A stretch of 64,000 nt of DNA. Origin: Alphaproteobacteria bacterium. GTDB taxonomy: Bacteria > Pseudomonadota > Alphaproteobacteria > MPNO01 > UBA830. The translations under genes and the position numbers were made by a program. The stretch lies in the NCBI GenBank assembly GCA_964291215.2, contig OZ219791.1, forward strand, positions 3,456,001-3,520,000, read 5' to 3'. Positions within the stretch are counted from its first letter, which is position 1, and each line of letters opens with the position of its first letter. The notes beneath the pieces were generated by a model, which worked only from the letters and a program-made list of their open reading frames with translations, searched no databases and was not told the origin of the DNA. Shown here in pieces: positions 1 to 10,738 of the stretch.

Positions 1-2
1 CC

Positions 3-1244
3 GACTGCATCACACTCGACATGGGCGGGACCACCGCCAAGGCGTCGATCGTCGAGACCGGGGAGGTGGCGAAGACCGGGGACTACGAGGTCGGCGCCGG
101 GATCAATCTCTCCAGCAAGCTGGTGATGGGTGGCGGGCACGCGCTGAAGCTGCCGGTGATCGACATTTCGGAAATCGGCGCCGGCGGCGGTAGCATCGTG
201 CGTCTTGACAGCGGTGGGCTGGTTCGCGTCGGCCCCGAGAGCGCGGGCGCTATTCCGGGCCCGGTGGCCTACGACCGGGGTGGCGAGCGGGCGACATTCT
301 GCGACGCCGTGTTGGCGCTGGGCTATCTCAATCCGGACCATCTGGTCGGCGGTGAGCTTGCCATCGACACCGGGAAGGCAATGGCGGCGCTGGCCGAACA
401 GGTCGCCGGGCGCCTCGGCAAGGATCTCCTGGATTCCGCCTACGGCGTACTTGAGGTAGCATGCGGCACGATGATGCGGGCCGTCAAGGCCGTGTCCACT
501 TACCGCGGTAGGGATCCGCGGGATTTCGCCCTGTTCGCCTTCGGCGGAAACGGCCCTGTGGTTGCGGTGGTCATCGCGGATCTCTTGGAAATGACGATGG
601 TGGTCGTGCCGCCGAACCCGGGCGTGTTCAGCGCCTATGGGCTGTTGCTGGCTGACATTGAGCAGGAAGCTGCTCGCACGCATCTTGCGTTGCTTTCGGG
701 GACCGATCCGACCCGGCTGGATGCGCTGTTCGGTGAACTCGAGGAACGGCTTTCTGCGGACCTGGCACGGGAAGGCCATGGCGCTGCGAACTTTGCCGTG
801 ACCCGGTTTGCGGATCTCCGCTACGAGGGCCAGGCCCACGAGCTCACCATTCCGGTCGCGTCCGGCGGAGACGGGTTGCCTGATCTCGAAGCGATGGCGC
901 GGGCGTTCAGCGACGAGCATGAGCGCACCTACGGCCACAGGGCCGAGGCTGAAGCCGTCGAGAGCGTCACGCTCCGGGCAGCAGCAACGGTTGCCGTGGC
1001 AAAGCCTGTTCTCCGGTTGGGTTCGGCAGAGGAGACGCTGCCGACCTGCCGCGAGATGTTCTTCGGACCAAGATACGGACACCGCGCGGCTCCGGTGCTG
1101 CGACGGACGGAACTGGAGTCGGAACCGCGTTCGGGACCGTTCGTCGTCGAGGAATATGACGCGACCTGTGTCGTGCCGCCGGGCTGGTCGGGGCGTCTTG
1201 ACCTCGCCGGCAACATGATCATCGAAAGGGAGCAGCCGCGATGA
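3..1244 (+). CDS. Hydantoinase/oxoprolinase family subunit A (ATP-binding), 5' part outside the window
   Basis: Open frame from base 3 (DCITLDMGGTTAKAS); motifs DMGGTT, IGAGGGS, GPESAGAxPGP, FGGNGP, EEYDAT. Confidence 0.93.
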   Translation, partial: DCITLDMGGTTAKASIVETGEVAKTGDYEVGAGINLSSKLVMGGGHALKLPVIDISEIGAGGGSIVRLDSGGLVRVGPESAGAIPGPVAYDRGGERATFCDAVLALGYLNPDHLVGGELAIDTGKAMAALAEQVAGRLGKDLLDSAYGVLEVACGTMMRAVKAVSTYRGRDPRDFALFAFGGNGPVVAVVIADLLEMTMVVVPPNPGVFSAYGLLLADIEQEAARTHLALLSGTDPTRLDALFGELEERLSADLAREGHGAANFAVTRFADLRYEGQAHELTIPVASGGDGLPDLEAMARAFSDEHERTYGHRAEAEAVESVTLRAAATVAVAKPVLRLGSAEETLPTCREMFFGPRYGHRAAPVLRRTELESEPRSGPFVVEEYDATCVVPPGWSGRLDLAGNMIIEREQPR

Positions 1245-3130
1245 CCGGCCGCAACGCAGATCCGATCACGATGGAAGTCGTGCGAAATGGCTTGTCATCG
1301 ATCGCCGACGAGATGGCACTCGTCATCATGCGTACGGCCTATTCGTCGATCGTCCGCGATTCGATGGATTATTCCACCGGATTGTGCGATCGTCGCGGCG
1401 AGACAGTCGCCCACGGGTTGACAATGGCGCTTCATCTCGGCTCGTTCCCCGACGCCATGCGGGCGCTGGTTGCCGAATATGGCGACGACACGCACCCGGG
1501 CGACATGTTCGTCTTCAACGATCCCTATACCGCCGGCGGGATGCACCTGCCCGATGTCTACATCGTGAAGCCGCTGTTCGTTGACGGTGCGCTGGAAGGT
1601 TATGCGGCGACTCTCGTCCACCAGATCGACATGGGTGGAATCGCGCCCGGAAGCACCGCGGTCTATGCGACCGAGGTCTTCCAGGAAGGGTTGCGGATCC
1701 CCGTGCTGAAGCTTTTCGAGGAGGGTCGGCCGAACGAGACCTTCTTCAAGCTCATGCACCAGAACACCCGCGTGCCCGACAAGCTCGCCGGCGACATGAG
1801 GGCACAGGTCGCCGCCTGCAACACCGCCGATCGCGCCTATGGCCGCCTCGTGGAGAAGTATGGAAGCGACAGCTTCCGGTCGATCCTCGCGGATCTCCAC
1901 GACTATGCCGAGACGGTCGTGCGCCAGGAGGTCGCCCGACTGCCGAACGGCTCATGGAGTTTCACCGATTATCTCGACGGGCTTGGCGACGATCCCGAGC
2001 CGATCGCGCTGAGGGTGACGGTTACGGTCGACGGCGAGGACATGATTGTCGACTGGGCGGGAAGCGCGCCGGAAGTGCCTGGCGCCATCAACTGTCCGTC
2101 GCCGTTCGTCAAGTCGGCCGTCCATCTCATCGTCAAGTGCATCGCAGATAACGACATTCCCAATTTCGAGGGATTCACGAGGGCGCTCGACATTCGCTTG
2201 CCCGAGGGAACGATCGTCAACCCTCGGCCCCCAGCGGCATGCGCGGCGCGCGCAGTCATCGGTTGGCGCGCGATCGACGTGCTCCTTGGCGCCTTCGCGC
2301 AGATCGTTCCGGACAAGATCCCCGCCGCTGGCGAAGGCGGGGTGACCTTTCCTGCGATCAGCGGCTACCACCGGGGGCGGCGCTTCGTCTGCTCGGAGAC
2401 GATGGCCGGCAGCTGGGGCGCGATGCCGGATCGCGACGGCACCTTCGCGATTCCCAACCCTGGCGGCAACCTGACCAACCAACCGGTCGAGATGATCGAG
2501 GCGCTGCATCCTCTCGAAATCGAATGTTACGGCATGGTCGAAAATTCGGGCGGCCCAGGGCGCTTTCGCGGCGCTCAGGCCTTCCGGCGCCAGTACCGCG
2601 TGCGCGGCGACGGAGTTCAGATCGTCATGCGTTCCGACCGCCGCAAGTTCCTTCCCTACGGGCTCAATGGCGGCAGCCCGGGAACACCTTCGTGGAATCT
2701 GGTCAATCCCGGTCCCGCCCAGGAAATCGTTCCCGTGATGCCGATGGAAGCGATCCATCTCGGCACGGACGACGTGTTTTGCCACATTAGCGCCAGCGGG
2801 GCAGGGCAGGGGGATCCCCTCGAACGGGACCCGGCCCTGGTCGCCGAAGATGTGCGGGAGGAAAGGCTCGACGCGGCCTATGCCGAAGAGGTCTACGGGG
2901 TGGTGTTTCGCGCGGGAAGCCTGGAATGCGATGCCGAGGCGACGGCGGCGCGGCGCGCAGGGTTGCGCGCCGCAAGGGCCGCCGGGAACGGCGGCAAGCC
3001 GGCCTATCTGCGCATCTTCCAGGAGCAATTGGGGCTGCCGGATTTCCGGATCGAGGGGGAGCGCAAGGTCGTATACCATGAAGGTGCCGGGCCAGGGCAT
3101 GTGCCGGCGTCGGCAGAGGATCGGTCATGA
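1241..3130 (+). CDS. Hydantoinase B/oxoprolinase family subunit
   Basis: RTAYSSIVRDSMDYS, NDPY..GGMHLPD, EVFQEGLRIP, SGGPGRFRG; ATGA overlap with subunit A. Confidence 0.93.
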   Translation: MTGRNADPITMEVVRNGLSSIADEMALVIMRTAYSSIVRDSMDYSTGLCDRRGETVAHGLTMALHLGSFPDAMRALVAEYGDDTHPGDMFVFNDPYTAGGMHLPDVYIVKPLFVDGALEGYAATLVHQIDMGGIAPGSTAVYATEVFQEGLRIPVLKLFEEGRPNETFFKLMHQNTRVPDKLAGDMRAQVAACNTADRAYGRLVEKYGSDSFRSILADLHDYAETVVRQEVARLPNGSWSFTDYLDGLGDDPEPIALRVTVTVDGEDMIVDWAGSAPEVPGAINCPSPFVKSAVHLIVKCIADNDIPNFEGFTRALDIRLPEGTIVNPRPPAACAARAVIGWRAIDVLLGAFAQIVPDKIPAAGEGGVTFPAISGYHRGRRFVCSETMAGSWGAMPDRDGTFAIPNPGGNLTNQPVEMIEALHPLEIECYGMVENSGGPGRFRGAQAFRRQYRVRGDGVQIVMRSDRRKFLPYGLNGGSPGTPSWNLVNPGPAQEIVPVMPMEAIHLGTDDVFCHISASGAGQGDPLERDPALVAEDVREERLDAAYAEEVYGVVFRAGSLECDAEATAARRAGLRAARAAGNGGKPAYLRIFQEQLGLPDFRIEGERKVVYHEGAGPGHVPASAEDRS

Positions 3131-3756
3131 CAGCCAATCTTATCGAGGAATTCGTGATCCCGGCCCGCCGCGGCCGGGCGTTCGAAGTGAAGAAGGGCCA
3201 AACCTTCCGCATTCACCAGATCGTTGGCGGGCAGGTTGGAGACTGCGTCTTCTTCAATGCGGACGATCACAAGGAGATGTTCCATTGCGGGCAGAGCTGG
3301 GCCATCAACGTGATCGCTGGAACCGGCACGAGCAAGGCTTTTCGGTATTTCTATTCCAAGCCGCCACGCGAGAATGTGATGATGACGGTGCTGCAGGACA
3401 CATATCCGAACCACTGGGGCAACATGGGCGGGCGCTGTTCGCAGCGGCTCTACGAGATTCGCGACAGCCTTGCCGCCGGAAGCCACCGCTCCTGCCAGGA
3501 AAACCTCCGGGAAGCCCTGGAGCCTTTCGAACTGACCGGAGACGACATCATTGATGTCTTCAACGTGTTCATGAATGTTGATCTGCATGCCGACGGGACC
3601 TTCACCATTCGCTCGACCGAGGTCGGGAAGGACGATTTCATGGAAATGCGCGCGGAGATGAACATTCTTGCTGCGGTGTCCGCCTGTCCGGCAGACACGT
3701 CACCGACGAACGGCGGCAAGTCGGCGCCGCTCGGCATCCGGATATACGAAGCCTGA
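3127..3756 (+). CDS. DUF1989 / urea carboxylase-associated family protein
   Basis: GGQVGD, RCS, SCQENL, FNVFMNV and AVSACP Cys-rich motifs; ATGA overlap. Confidence 0.85.
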   Translation: MTANLIEEFVIPARRGRAFEVKKGQTFRIHQIVGGQVGDCVFFNADDHKEMFHCGQSWAINVIAGTGTSKAFRYFYSKPPRENVMMTVLQDTYPNHWGNMGGRCSQRLYEIRDSLAAGSHRSCQENLREALEPFELTGDDIIDVFNVFMNVDLHADGTFTIRSTEVGKDDFMEMRAEMNILAAVSACPADTSPTNGGKSAPLGIRIYEA

Positions 3757-4282
3757 CCTTCGCTGGCGCAATACTGATTCCAGAAAGAGCTTGTTGGGAG
3801 GAGCACAGCGTCTGGTGCGACAATCAGGTCCGGAGAATGCGGCAGAAAACCCCGCAATAGCGATCCGGTTTCCGTAGGCTCTTGGAATAGCCTGAATACC
3901 TGGCTGCTCCAGCACATGGAACACGATATTTGGAGCCGGACGAATTGCAGGCAGATCGCTGTCCGCAGCTTCGCCGCATGACCCCGCGATCGGCGCAAGT
4001 CCGCGGTCCCTTGTATCTGGTCGGTCGGCGGGACTAGCGTGAGAGCGCGTCGGCGGCCAGGATGAACGAAGGAGCACGCGGAACCGGATGGGGCCCGAAA
4101 TGATCGCTATTGCCACTGTCAGCGACAGCGTAGCGGGTCCGGTCCCGAACGGCCATATAGATACGGCGCCGATGCGCGCGGGCGGTGAGATCGACGTTCA
4201 GCGGAATCAGCCGGTTTGAACAGGGATGGACAAAATTTTGTGAAGCCCTGAAGTTGCGGGTGTCGAGACAATATTGTGAAAA

Positions 4283-5495
4283 CCCAAGTTGGCACTTTTT
4301 GCGTCAGTTGAAGGGGAAATTTATGCGGCAGCCTCACTTCATATAATATATGCCGGCATTTGCTCGCCCTTATCCACTGTATTTGCGATTTTCTGTCCAA
4401 AATAGCCACTGTCCGGTATATCTGGAGCCTCGTCAACACAAAAGGCTCCAGACAACATGTTCATCAGGGCAAGCAAAATCTGCAGCACCGCAGACGGCAA
4501 GCCCGTCCACAGCCCGTGCTTTCTCAACGCATCGGCGACAAGGTCAGACAGCGCACGCTGCTCAATCTCGGCACCGACTATCCGGTGGCGCGCAAGAACT
4601 GGAAGGAGGTTACCGCGCTCGACGGCGCGGGCTTTCGGCGCAGTTGCGAGGTCTTGCCGGGCAACGTGAGCGAGCCGGGCACGCTGCTGAGGCTGGAGGC
4701 GGGCGGCAAAGCCGACGGCAGTCATGGACGCGGCACCGAGACGAACATCGCGTGGCGAGCATGTCTGGATCGCGGGCGGCGCCGCCCGAGGGTGGGCCCG
4801 AGGCTGATCACCAACCACGAGGTGCAGGCGCCTTGCCAGCGAGGATGGCGCGGCGTGGAGAGCAGGAAGAGGGCCGAGGACGCCATTCCTGGCCGCAGGG
4901 CTTCGAGGCGGCAAAGTTCCACCTCCAAGGGCCGGCGCCACGACAAGGTGCCGGAGAGCGGTCTCGAGCAGCGCTTCTCCACCGTCGCCCGGCACTACGA
5001 GATCACTGTCGAGAAGGCCAACGCAACGGCCGTGCGCTTCAGCCACAGACGACAAGACAATGCGGGCGCCTGCGCACCAGCGACCGGGATATCGAGACCG
5101 TCCTCGGGACATGGATATCGAGGCCACCTTCCGTTCATTGAAATCCGAGCCCGGATTGCGCCCGGCCAGCGCATCGCCACCCACCTGTTGATCGCCGTGC
5201 TCGCCGCGGTGCATCTGATCTCCGCGCGGGGCATCGACAAGTGCTAGACATCAATCCACGAGAGCATGCGGAACCAGGGTCACCACGCGCCTGCGCGCAT
5301 TGATCGTCAACCGACAGGGCACGCACCGCCGAGGTCGCCGAAATCTCCTCGGCAGCTGGTGTCGAACCCGCCGCACGAGGAGCCGCCTCACAAGCTGACA
5401 GAATTCAACGGAATGTAGTGCCATGTTGAAATCGGCCGACAAAAAAATCGCGCAACGTGATAAAAATTCCAGGCTGCAAAAAGTGCCAACTTGGG
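4283..5495 (+). mobile_element. IS1634-family element with internally deleted, frameshifted transposase
   Basis: Perfect 20-bp terminal inverted repeat CCCAAGTTGGCACTTTTTGC (4283-4302 / 5476-5495); fragments MFIRAS.., QRIGDKVRQRTLLNLG, HLLIAVLA; A-rich flanks. Confidence 0.85.
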
Positions 5496-5629
5496 AAAAA
5501 ATTTCCTGACATATTCAACGAAGCAATCTCAACGAAGCAATTGTTCTTTAGCTTTTTTCTTCGTTTTTTGCCTCTTGGTATTACGCCGAGATATGAGGAA
5601 ATGGCACTGACGCAGCGCGTCTGATCGGA

Positions 5630-7144
5630 CTATTCGCCGTCAGCTGCGACGTTCCGCAGCCGGCCCAGCCCCGTCCGGATGGAGGGCAGGAAGATCAGGG
5701 TGACCGCAAAGACCAGAAGCGCGGCGGTCATCGGACGCTCCCAGATGAAGCTCACGCCGTCGCTCAGATTCATGGCGCGCGCGAAGTTGTTCTCGAGGAG
5801 CGGCCCGAGGATGAACCCGATCAACATCGGCGCCAGGGGAAAGCCCGCGATCCGCATTATCGTCGCCACGGTTCCCATGCCGGCCAGCAGCAGCAGTTCG
5901 GTGGCGTTGTTCTGGCCGATATAGCTGCCCATCATCGTAAAAAAAAGGATGAAGGGTATAAGGTAATTGCGTGGAATTTCGAGCAGTTTCGCGATGTAGG
6001 GAATGAGTGGGAGATTGAGGATCAACAGCACGACGTTGCCTACGTACATCGAGATGATCACCGCCCAGAAGATCGAGGGATTGTCGACCATCAGACGCGG
6101 GCCCGGCGCGACGTTGAGCGCGATCAGCGCACCGAGAAGGATGGCGGTGGTGCCGGAACCCGGAATGCCAAGGGTCAGCAGCGGCACGAACGAGCCTGTG
6201 CAGGCGGCGTTGTTGGCGGTCTCGGGCGCGGCCAGGCCCTTGACCGAGCCCTTGCCGAACTTCACGCGGTCCTTGCCCTTGGCGATGTTGCGTTCCACGG
6301 CGTAGCCGAGAAAGGACGCTATGGTAGCCCCGGCGCCCGGCATGACGCCGATGAAGAAGCCCTGAAGCGACTGACGGCCTATGACGGGGGCGATCTCCTT
6401 TGCTTCGCTGCGCGTGATCCGGAGGTTCGAGATCCTGCCGCCGCCTTCGCCGCGTTTCGAGCGTTTGGGATCGAGAACGAGATAGAGCGCCTCCGGCAGC
6501 GCGAATAGCGCCATGGCGAGGGTGATGAAGCTGAGGCCGCTCTGGAGATCCTGGAGGCCCAGCGTAAAGCGCGGGGCGTTGAACAGTGCACTTTCCCCGA
6601 CCGTGGCGAGCATCACGCCGAGAATGGTCATCATCAGCGCCTTCGCGACCTGGCCGGCGCCGGCGAATGCAGCGATGGCGGCGAGGCCCACGACCATCAG
6701 TGCAAAATATTCCGAGGAATGGAAGAGGAGGGCGACGCTCGCGAGCCCGGGCGCAAACCCGAGGAGGAGGAGGGCGCCGATGGTTCCTCCGGCGAAGGAG
6801 GCGATGGCTGCAATCGTCAGCGCCTTGCCCGCGAGGCCCTGGCGCGCAAGCGGATAGCCGTCGAAAGACGTGGCCACGGTGCCGGCGACGCCCGGGGCGT
6901 TGATCAGGATCGATGAGGTGGAGCCGCCGAATATGGCGCCGTAATAGACGCCCGCGAGGAGGATCAGGGCGGCGGAGGGATCGCCGAGCTGGACGGCGAC
7001 CGGAATCATGATCGCGATGATCGACATTGGGCCGAGGCCCGGCAGCATGCCGATGACGGTGCCGATCAAGCAGCCGGCGACGACCATGATCAGGTTCTGG
7101 AGGCTGAAGGCGGTCGACAGTCCGGCGACTATTCCCTCAAGCAC
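5630..7144 (-). CDS. tctA: Tripartite tricarboxylate transporter large permease
   Basis: GMLPGLGP, YYGAIFGGSTSSILINAPG, APETANNA, PLLTLGIPGS. Confidence 0.95.
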   Translation of the reverse strand: MLEGIVAGLSTAFSLQNLIMVVAGCLIGTVIGMLPGLGPMSIIAIMIPVAVQLGDPSAALILLAGVYYGAIFGGSTSSILINAPGVAGTVATSFDGYPLARQGLAGKALTIAAIASFAGGTIGALLLLGFAPGLASVALLFHSSEYFALMVVGLAAIAAFAGAGQVAKALMMTILGVMLATVGESALFNAPRFTLGLQDLQSGLSFITLAMALFALPEALYLVLDPKRSKRGEGGGRISNLRITRSEAKEIAPVIGRQSLQGFFIGVMPGAGATIASFLGYAVERNIAKGKDRVKFGKGSVKGLAAPETANNAACTGSFVPLLTLGIPGSGTTAILLGALIALNVAPGPRLMVDNPSIFWAVIISMYVGNVVLLILNLPLIPYIAKLLEIPRNYLIPFILFFTMMGSYIGQNNATELLLLAGMGTVATIMRIAGFPLAPMLIGFILGPLLENNFARAMNLSDGVSFIWERPMTAALLVFAVTLIFLPSIRTGLGRLRNVAADGE

Positions 7145-7156
7145 GGCACATATCCT

Positions 7157-7642
7157 TCAGACGAATGCGGGCCATGGGCGGAGGAAGATGCCGAGCACCT
7201 CCTGCACCAGATACCAGATCACGAAGGCGGCGAGCACAGAGACGAGAACAAGAACGGCGTAGCGCCTCTCGCCGAGAATGATGCCGCCGACGAGCAGGAA
7301 CACCGATGTCGCGGCAACGAAGCCGACGGGCCGCAGCAGCAGGGCATAGGCGATCATCAGCACCAGCAGAAAAATCGCTTGGCCAAGCTTGTACTGCCGG
7401 AGCCTGCGGACATCGATGCCGCCGGGATCGAGTTCTGCGTCCGCCGCCGGCTTCGACCGGACGAGCACGAAGAATCCGGCGACGGCGCCGAGCATGCTCA
7501 GCCACTTCGGCAAGATATTGGGGAGGAAGGTCATGTTGTGCTCGAAGGGCAGGAGATCTGCCTCCATGACCACGAACGCCGTGTACCCGTATGCCAGGCA
7601 GACGGCGATGAATATTCCGACAATCGCCCTTTCGAGGGTCAC
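7157..7642 (-). CDS. tctB: Tripartite tricarboxylate transporter small permease
   Basis: About 160-aa multi-TM protein between tctC and tctA; GTG start after GGAGGA. Confidence 0.88.
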   Translation of the reverse strand: MTLERAIVGIFIAVCLAYGYTAFVVMEADLLPFEHNMTFLPNILPKWLSMLGAVAGFFVLVRSKPAADAELDPGGIDVRRLRQYKLGQAIFLLVLMIAYALLLRPVGFVAATSVFLLVGGIILGERRYAVLVLVSVLAAFVIWYLVQEVLGIFLRPWPAFV

Positions 7643-7708
7643 GGTTCCTCCCGCGCGTGAACGGGGGACCGGCCGGGCGCCTGACGTGGGCGTCCCGGCC
7701 GGCAATTC

Positions 7709-8704
7709 CTATTTCAGGAAGCCGAGCTTCTGCATCAGCTTCTTGATCACCGTCTCCTGATTTTCGAGGAAGGCCACGAAATCCTTGCCCGAATTGTGAA
7801 TGTCGACCCAGCCGTTCCGATCACGGACGGCCTTCCATTCCGGTGTCGCGTACATTGCCGCGAGGGCCTCGCGGTACTGGTCCGCCTTCGCCGCCGGCAG
7901 ACCGGGCGCGGCGAAGAAGCCCCGCCAATTGACGAACGCCGCGTCGTATCCCTGCTCCTTGAGGGTGGGCGCGTCCTTGAAGGCCGGCACGCGCTTCTCC
8001 GAGGTCACGGCGAGTATCTGCATTTCTCCAGCCTTGGCCAACGCCACCGCCTCGGAGAAGCCGGTCGACCCGGCATCGACCTCGCCGGACAGAATCGCGG
8101 CGTTCAGCTTGCCGCCGGCGTCGTAGGGGATGTACTTGACCTTGGTCGGATCGGCGCCCGCCGCCTGGAAGGCCATCGCGGCCACCAGATGGTCCATTCC
8201 GCCCGGCACCGAACCGCCGCCGACCGCCACCTTCTTCGGGTCCTTCTTGTAGGCCGCGACGAGGTCTGCAAAATTCTTGTAGGGGCTGTTCTTGCCGGTG
8301 ATGATGGCGGCGTAATCGCCGATCGTGCCGGCGATCATCGTCAGGTCGCGAAAGTTGTGGGGGAAACGTCCGACCAGCGAGCGGATGACGATCGGCGTCG
8401 AGTTGACCATCAGCGTTCCGTGGTTGGAGGCGGCGTTCTCGATCAGATAACCGATCGCCTTGCCGCCACCGCCGCCGGACATGTTCTCGTAGGAGGCCGT
8501 CCCGACGATGCCCGACTTGGTCAGCGCTTCGCCGGTGCCGCGCGCGGTACCGTCCCAGCCGCCGCCGGCGCCGCCGGGGATGAGGAAGTGGATCTTGTCA
8601 ATCATCTTTTCAGCCGCCTGCGCCGAGACCGGAGCTGCCGCAATCATGGCCGCCGCGGCGACCGCGGAGAAAACGAAACGTCCACTCAAATCAATCATCT
8701 TCAT
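7709..8704 (-). CDS. tctC: Tripartite tricarboxylate transporter substrate-binding protein
   Basis: Signal peptide; PGGAGGGWDGTAR, ENMSGGGG, NWRGFFAAPG. Confidence 0.95.
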   Translation of the reverse strand: MKMIDLSGRFVFSAVAAAAMIAAAPVSAQAAEKMIDKIHFLIPGGAGGGWDGTARGTGEALTKSGIVGTASYENMSGGGGGKAIGYLIENAASNHGTLMVNSTPIVIRSLVGRFPHNFRDLTMIAGTIGDYAAIITGKNSPYKNFADLVAAYKKDPKKVAVGGGSVPGGMDHLVAAMAFQAAGADPTKVKYIPYDAGGKLNAAILSGEVDAGSTGFSEAVALAKAGEMQILAVTSEKRVPAFKDAPTLKEQGYDAAFVNWRGFFAAPGLPAAKADQYREALAAMYATPEWKAVRDRNGWVDIHNSGKDFVAFLENQETVIKKLMQKLGFLK

Positions 8705-8747
8705 GCCCTTGTTCTCCAGTGATTGGATGTCTACGGGGGTTGCTAGA

Positions 8748-9548
8748 TTAGGGTCCGTCGTAAGTCAATCCGTATTCCGGCGGGACCGGGCCCTTGTTGC
8801 GCCCGCCCTGCACCGACTGTTCCCAGGCGTGGGCAACGATGCCCACCGATCGCGACAGGCAGAAGAGCCCGCGTGCGAGCGCCGGCGGACAGCCGAGCTC
8901 GCCGAAGATCACCGCCGTAGCGCCGTCAATGTTGAGCGGGACGGGCCTGCTTTTCCCGTCGGCGAGCGCCTTCTCGATCGACCGCGCGATCTTCGCGTGG
9001 CAGCCGATGATGTCTCCGGCTTCCGCGGCCCTGTCGACGAGGCCGAGCAGTGGCGGCGTCCTCGGATCGAGACTCTTGTGAAAGCGATGGCCGTATCCGG
9101 GGACATAGGCCGTCCGTTCCCGCCGCCACCGGCTGAGGCCGTCGGCAACGGCGTCCTCCGCGGACCGGCCGCCCTCCATCGCCTCGGATATTTCGGTGAA
9201 GAGTTCGAGCGCCTGCTCTCCGGCGCCGCCGTGCACGTCGCCGAGCATGTTAACCCCGCTCGCAAGCGCGTTGTTGATCCCGACGCCGCAGGTAATCGCC
9301 ATTCGCGCGGCTGCGATAGAGGGCGCGTGCGGACCGTGGTCGACCGCGGCGACCAGCGCGGCCTCGAGGAGCCTTGCCCGCGGAGCGGTGAGTTCCTCGC
9401 CAGTGGTCATCAGCCATATGACCTGGGCAAAATTCCACCTGCCGATCAGCTCCTCGACCGGACGACCACGGATGACGATCCTGCCGGGTTCCGTGTCAAT
9501 GATTGACGTTCGCCACCAGTCCCCCGGATCGGGTCTGCGGTTCGTCAT
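8748..9548 (-). CDS. Citryl-CoA lyase / citrate synthase-like protein
   Basis: VDHGPHAPS, VHGGAGE, PGYGHRFH, DPR, LNIDG motifs in a 266-aa short form. Confidence 0.88.
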   Translation of the reverse strand: MTNRRPDPGDWWRTSIIDTEPGRIVIRGRPVEELIGRWNFAQVIWLMTTGEELTAPRARLLEAALVAAVDHGPHAPSIAAARMAITCGVGINNALASGVNMLGDVHGGAGEQALELFTEISEAMEGGRSAEDAVADGLSRWRRERTAYVPGYGHRFHKSLDPRTPPLLGLVDRAAEAGDIIGCHAKIARSIEKALADGKSRPVPLNIDGATAVIFGELGCPPALARGLFCLSRSVGIVAHAWEQSVQGGRNKGPVPPEYGLTYDGP

Positions 9549-10738
9549 ATGACGCCCTCCTCCTTGAGGCGGAAAAGCTCTTCCTCTCCGATGCCGAGTT
9601 CGCCGAATATCTCGGCATTGTGCGCGCCGAGAGGCGCCGGCGGGGCCGCGACGGACGGCGCTGCGCCATCCACCTTGGCGCCGGTCCGGACGACGCGAAT
9701 GTCGCGGCCAACTCCGGGCACGTCGGGGAAGCTGGCGATCAATCCGCGCGAGGCGATGACCTCGTGGTCGAGAATCGCTGGAATGTCGAGCACCTCGCCG
9801 GCCGGCACGCCGATAGCGATCAGATCCCGAACCAGTTCGCTGGCCGTCCGCTTCGCCGTTTCCTTCTCAATCTCCGCGCGAAGCAGCATCCGGTTCTCCT
9901 TGCGGTCTTCCCGGGTGCGGAATTCCGAACGTTCGAGGAGATCCTCCCGTCCGAGATAGCTGGCGAGCCCGTGCCATTGTTCGTCCTTGTTCGCGGCAAT
10001 GTTGACCGGCCTGTCCCCGGTCCGGAACGTCCCGGAAGGCGCGGAGGTCGCGTTCTCGTTTCCGTGCGCGGCCGGGCGCTGGCCCGCGATCAGCCAGTTC
10101 GAGATTACCCATCCGGCGGTGGCCAGTACCGATTCCAGCATCGAGACGTCGATGAAGGTACCGCAGCCGCGGTTGTTGAGCGCCGCCGCGATCGCGAAGG
10201 CGGCGGTGAGCCCGCCGATCGTATCGGCAACCGGAAAGCCGGTCCGCAACGGTGCGCTGCTGTCGTCCCCGGTGATCGACATCAGGCCGGAGACGCCCTG
10301 GATGATCTGGTCGTAGGCCGGATGCCGGGACCACGGGCCGTCCTGACCGAACCCGGAAATCGCGCAATAGACGAGCCCGGGATTGACCTCTCTGAGGTCT
10401 TCCCAGCCCAGCCCCAGCCGATTCATGACCCCGGGACGGAAATTCTCGACAAGCACATCGGAACGCCGCACGAGCTGCTTCAGCAGGTCCGCGCCCTTGC
10501 GATTCTTGAGATCGAGCGTGATCGACTTCTTTCCGGCGTTCTGGGCGAGGAAGGAGACCCCCATCTTCCGGCCGTTGAGCTCTGGGTCGGCGCCGAGCTC
10601 GCGCGCGAGGTCGCCGCGGCCGCGTGCCTCGACCTTGACGACCTCGGCGCCGAAATGCGCGAGCTGGTGACAGCAAAACGGGCCCGCCAGCACGTTCGTC
10701 AGGTCGAGAACGCGCACGCCTTCAAGAAGTCGCGTCAT
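9545..10738 (-). CDS. CaiB/BaiF family III CoA-transferase
   Basis: LEGVRVLDLTNVLAGPF, NAGKKSITLDLK, ENFRPGVM, SGFGQDGP..PAYD. Confidence 0.93.
   Translation of the reverse strand: MTRLLEGVRVLDLTNVLAGPFCCHQLAHFGAEVVKVEARGRGDLARELGADPELNGRKMGVSFLAQNAGKKSITLDLKNRKGADLLKQLVRRSDVLVENFRPGVMNRLGLGWEDLREVNPGLVYCAISGFGQDGPWSRHPAYDQIIQGVSGLMSITGDDSSAPLRTGFPVADTIGGLTAAFAIAAALNNRGCGTFIDVSMLESVLATAGWVISNWLIAGQRPAAHGNENATSAPSGTFRTGDRPVNIAANKDEQWHGLASYLGREDLLERSEFRTREDRKENRMLLRAEIEKETAKRTASELVRDLIAIGVPAGEVLDIPAILDHEVIASRGLIASFPDVPGVGRDIRVVRTGAKVDGAAPSVAAPPAPLGAHNAEIFGELGIGEEELFRLKEEGVI

Noticed and set aside
5515-5541. Tandem TCAACGAAGCAAT x2
   Set aside because: Only two copies next to an IS end; likely a local duplication.
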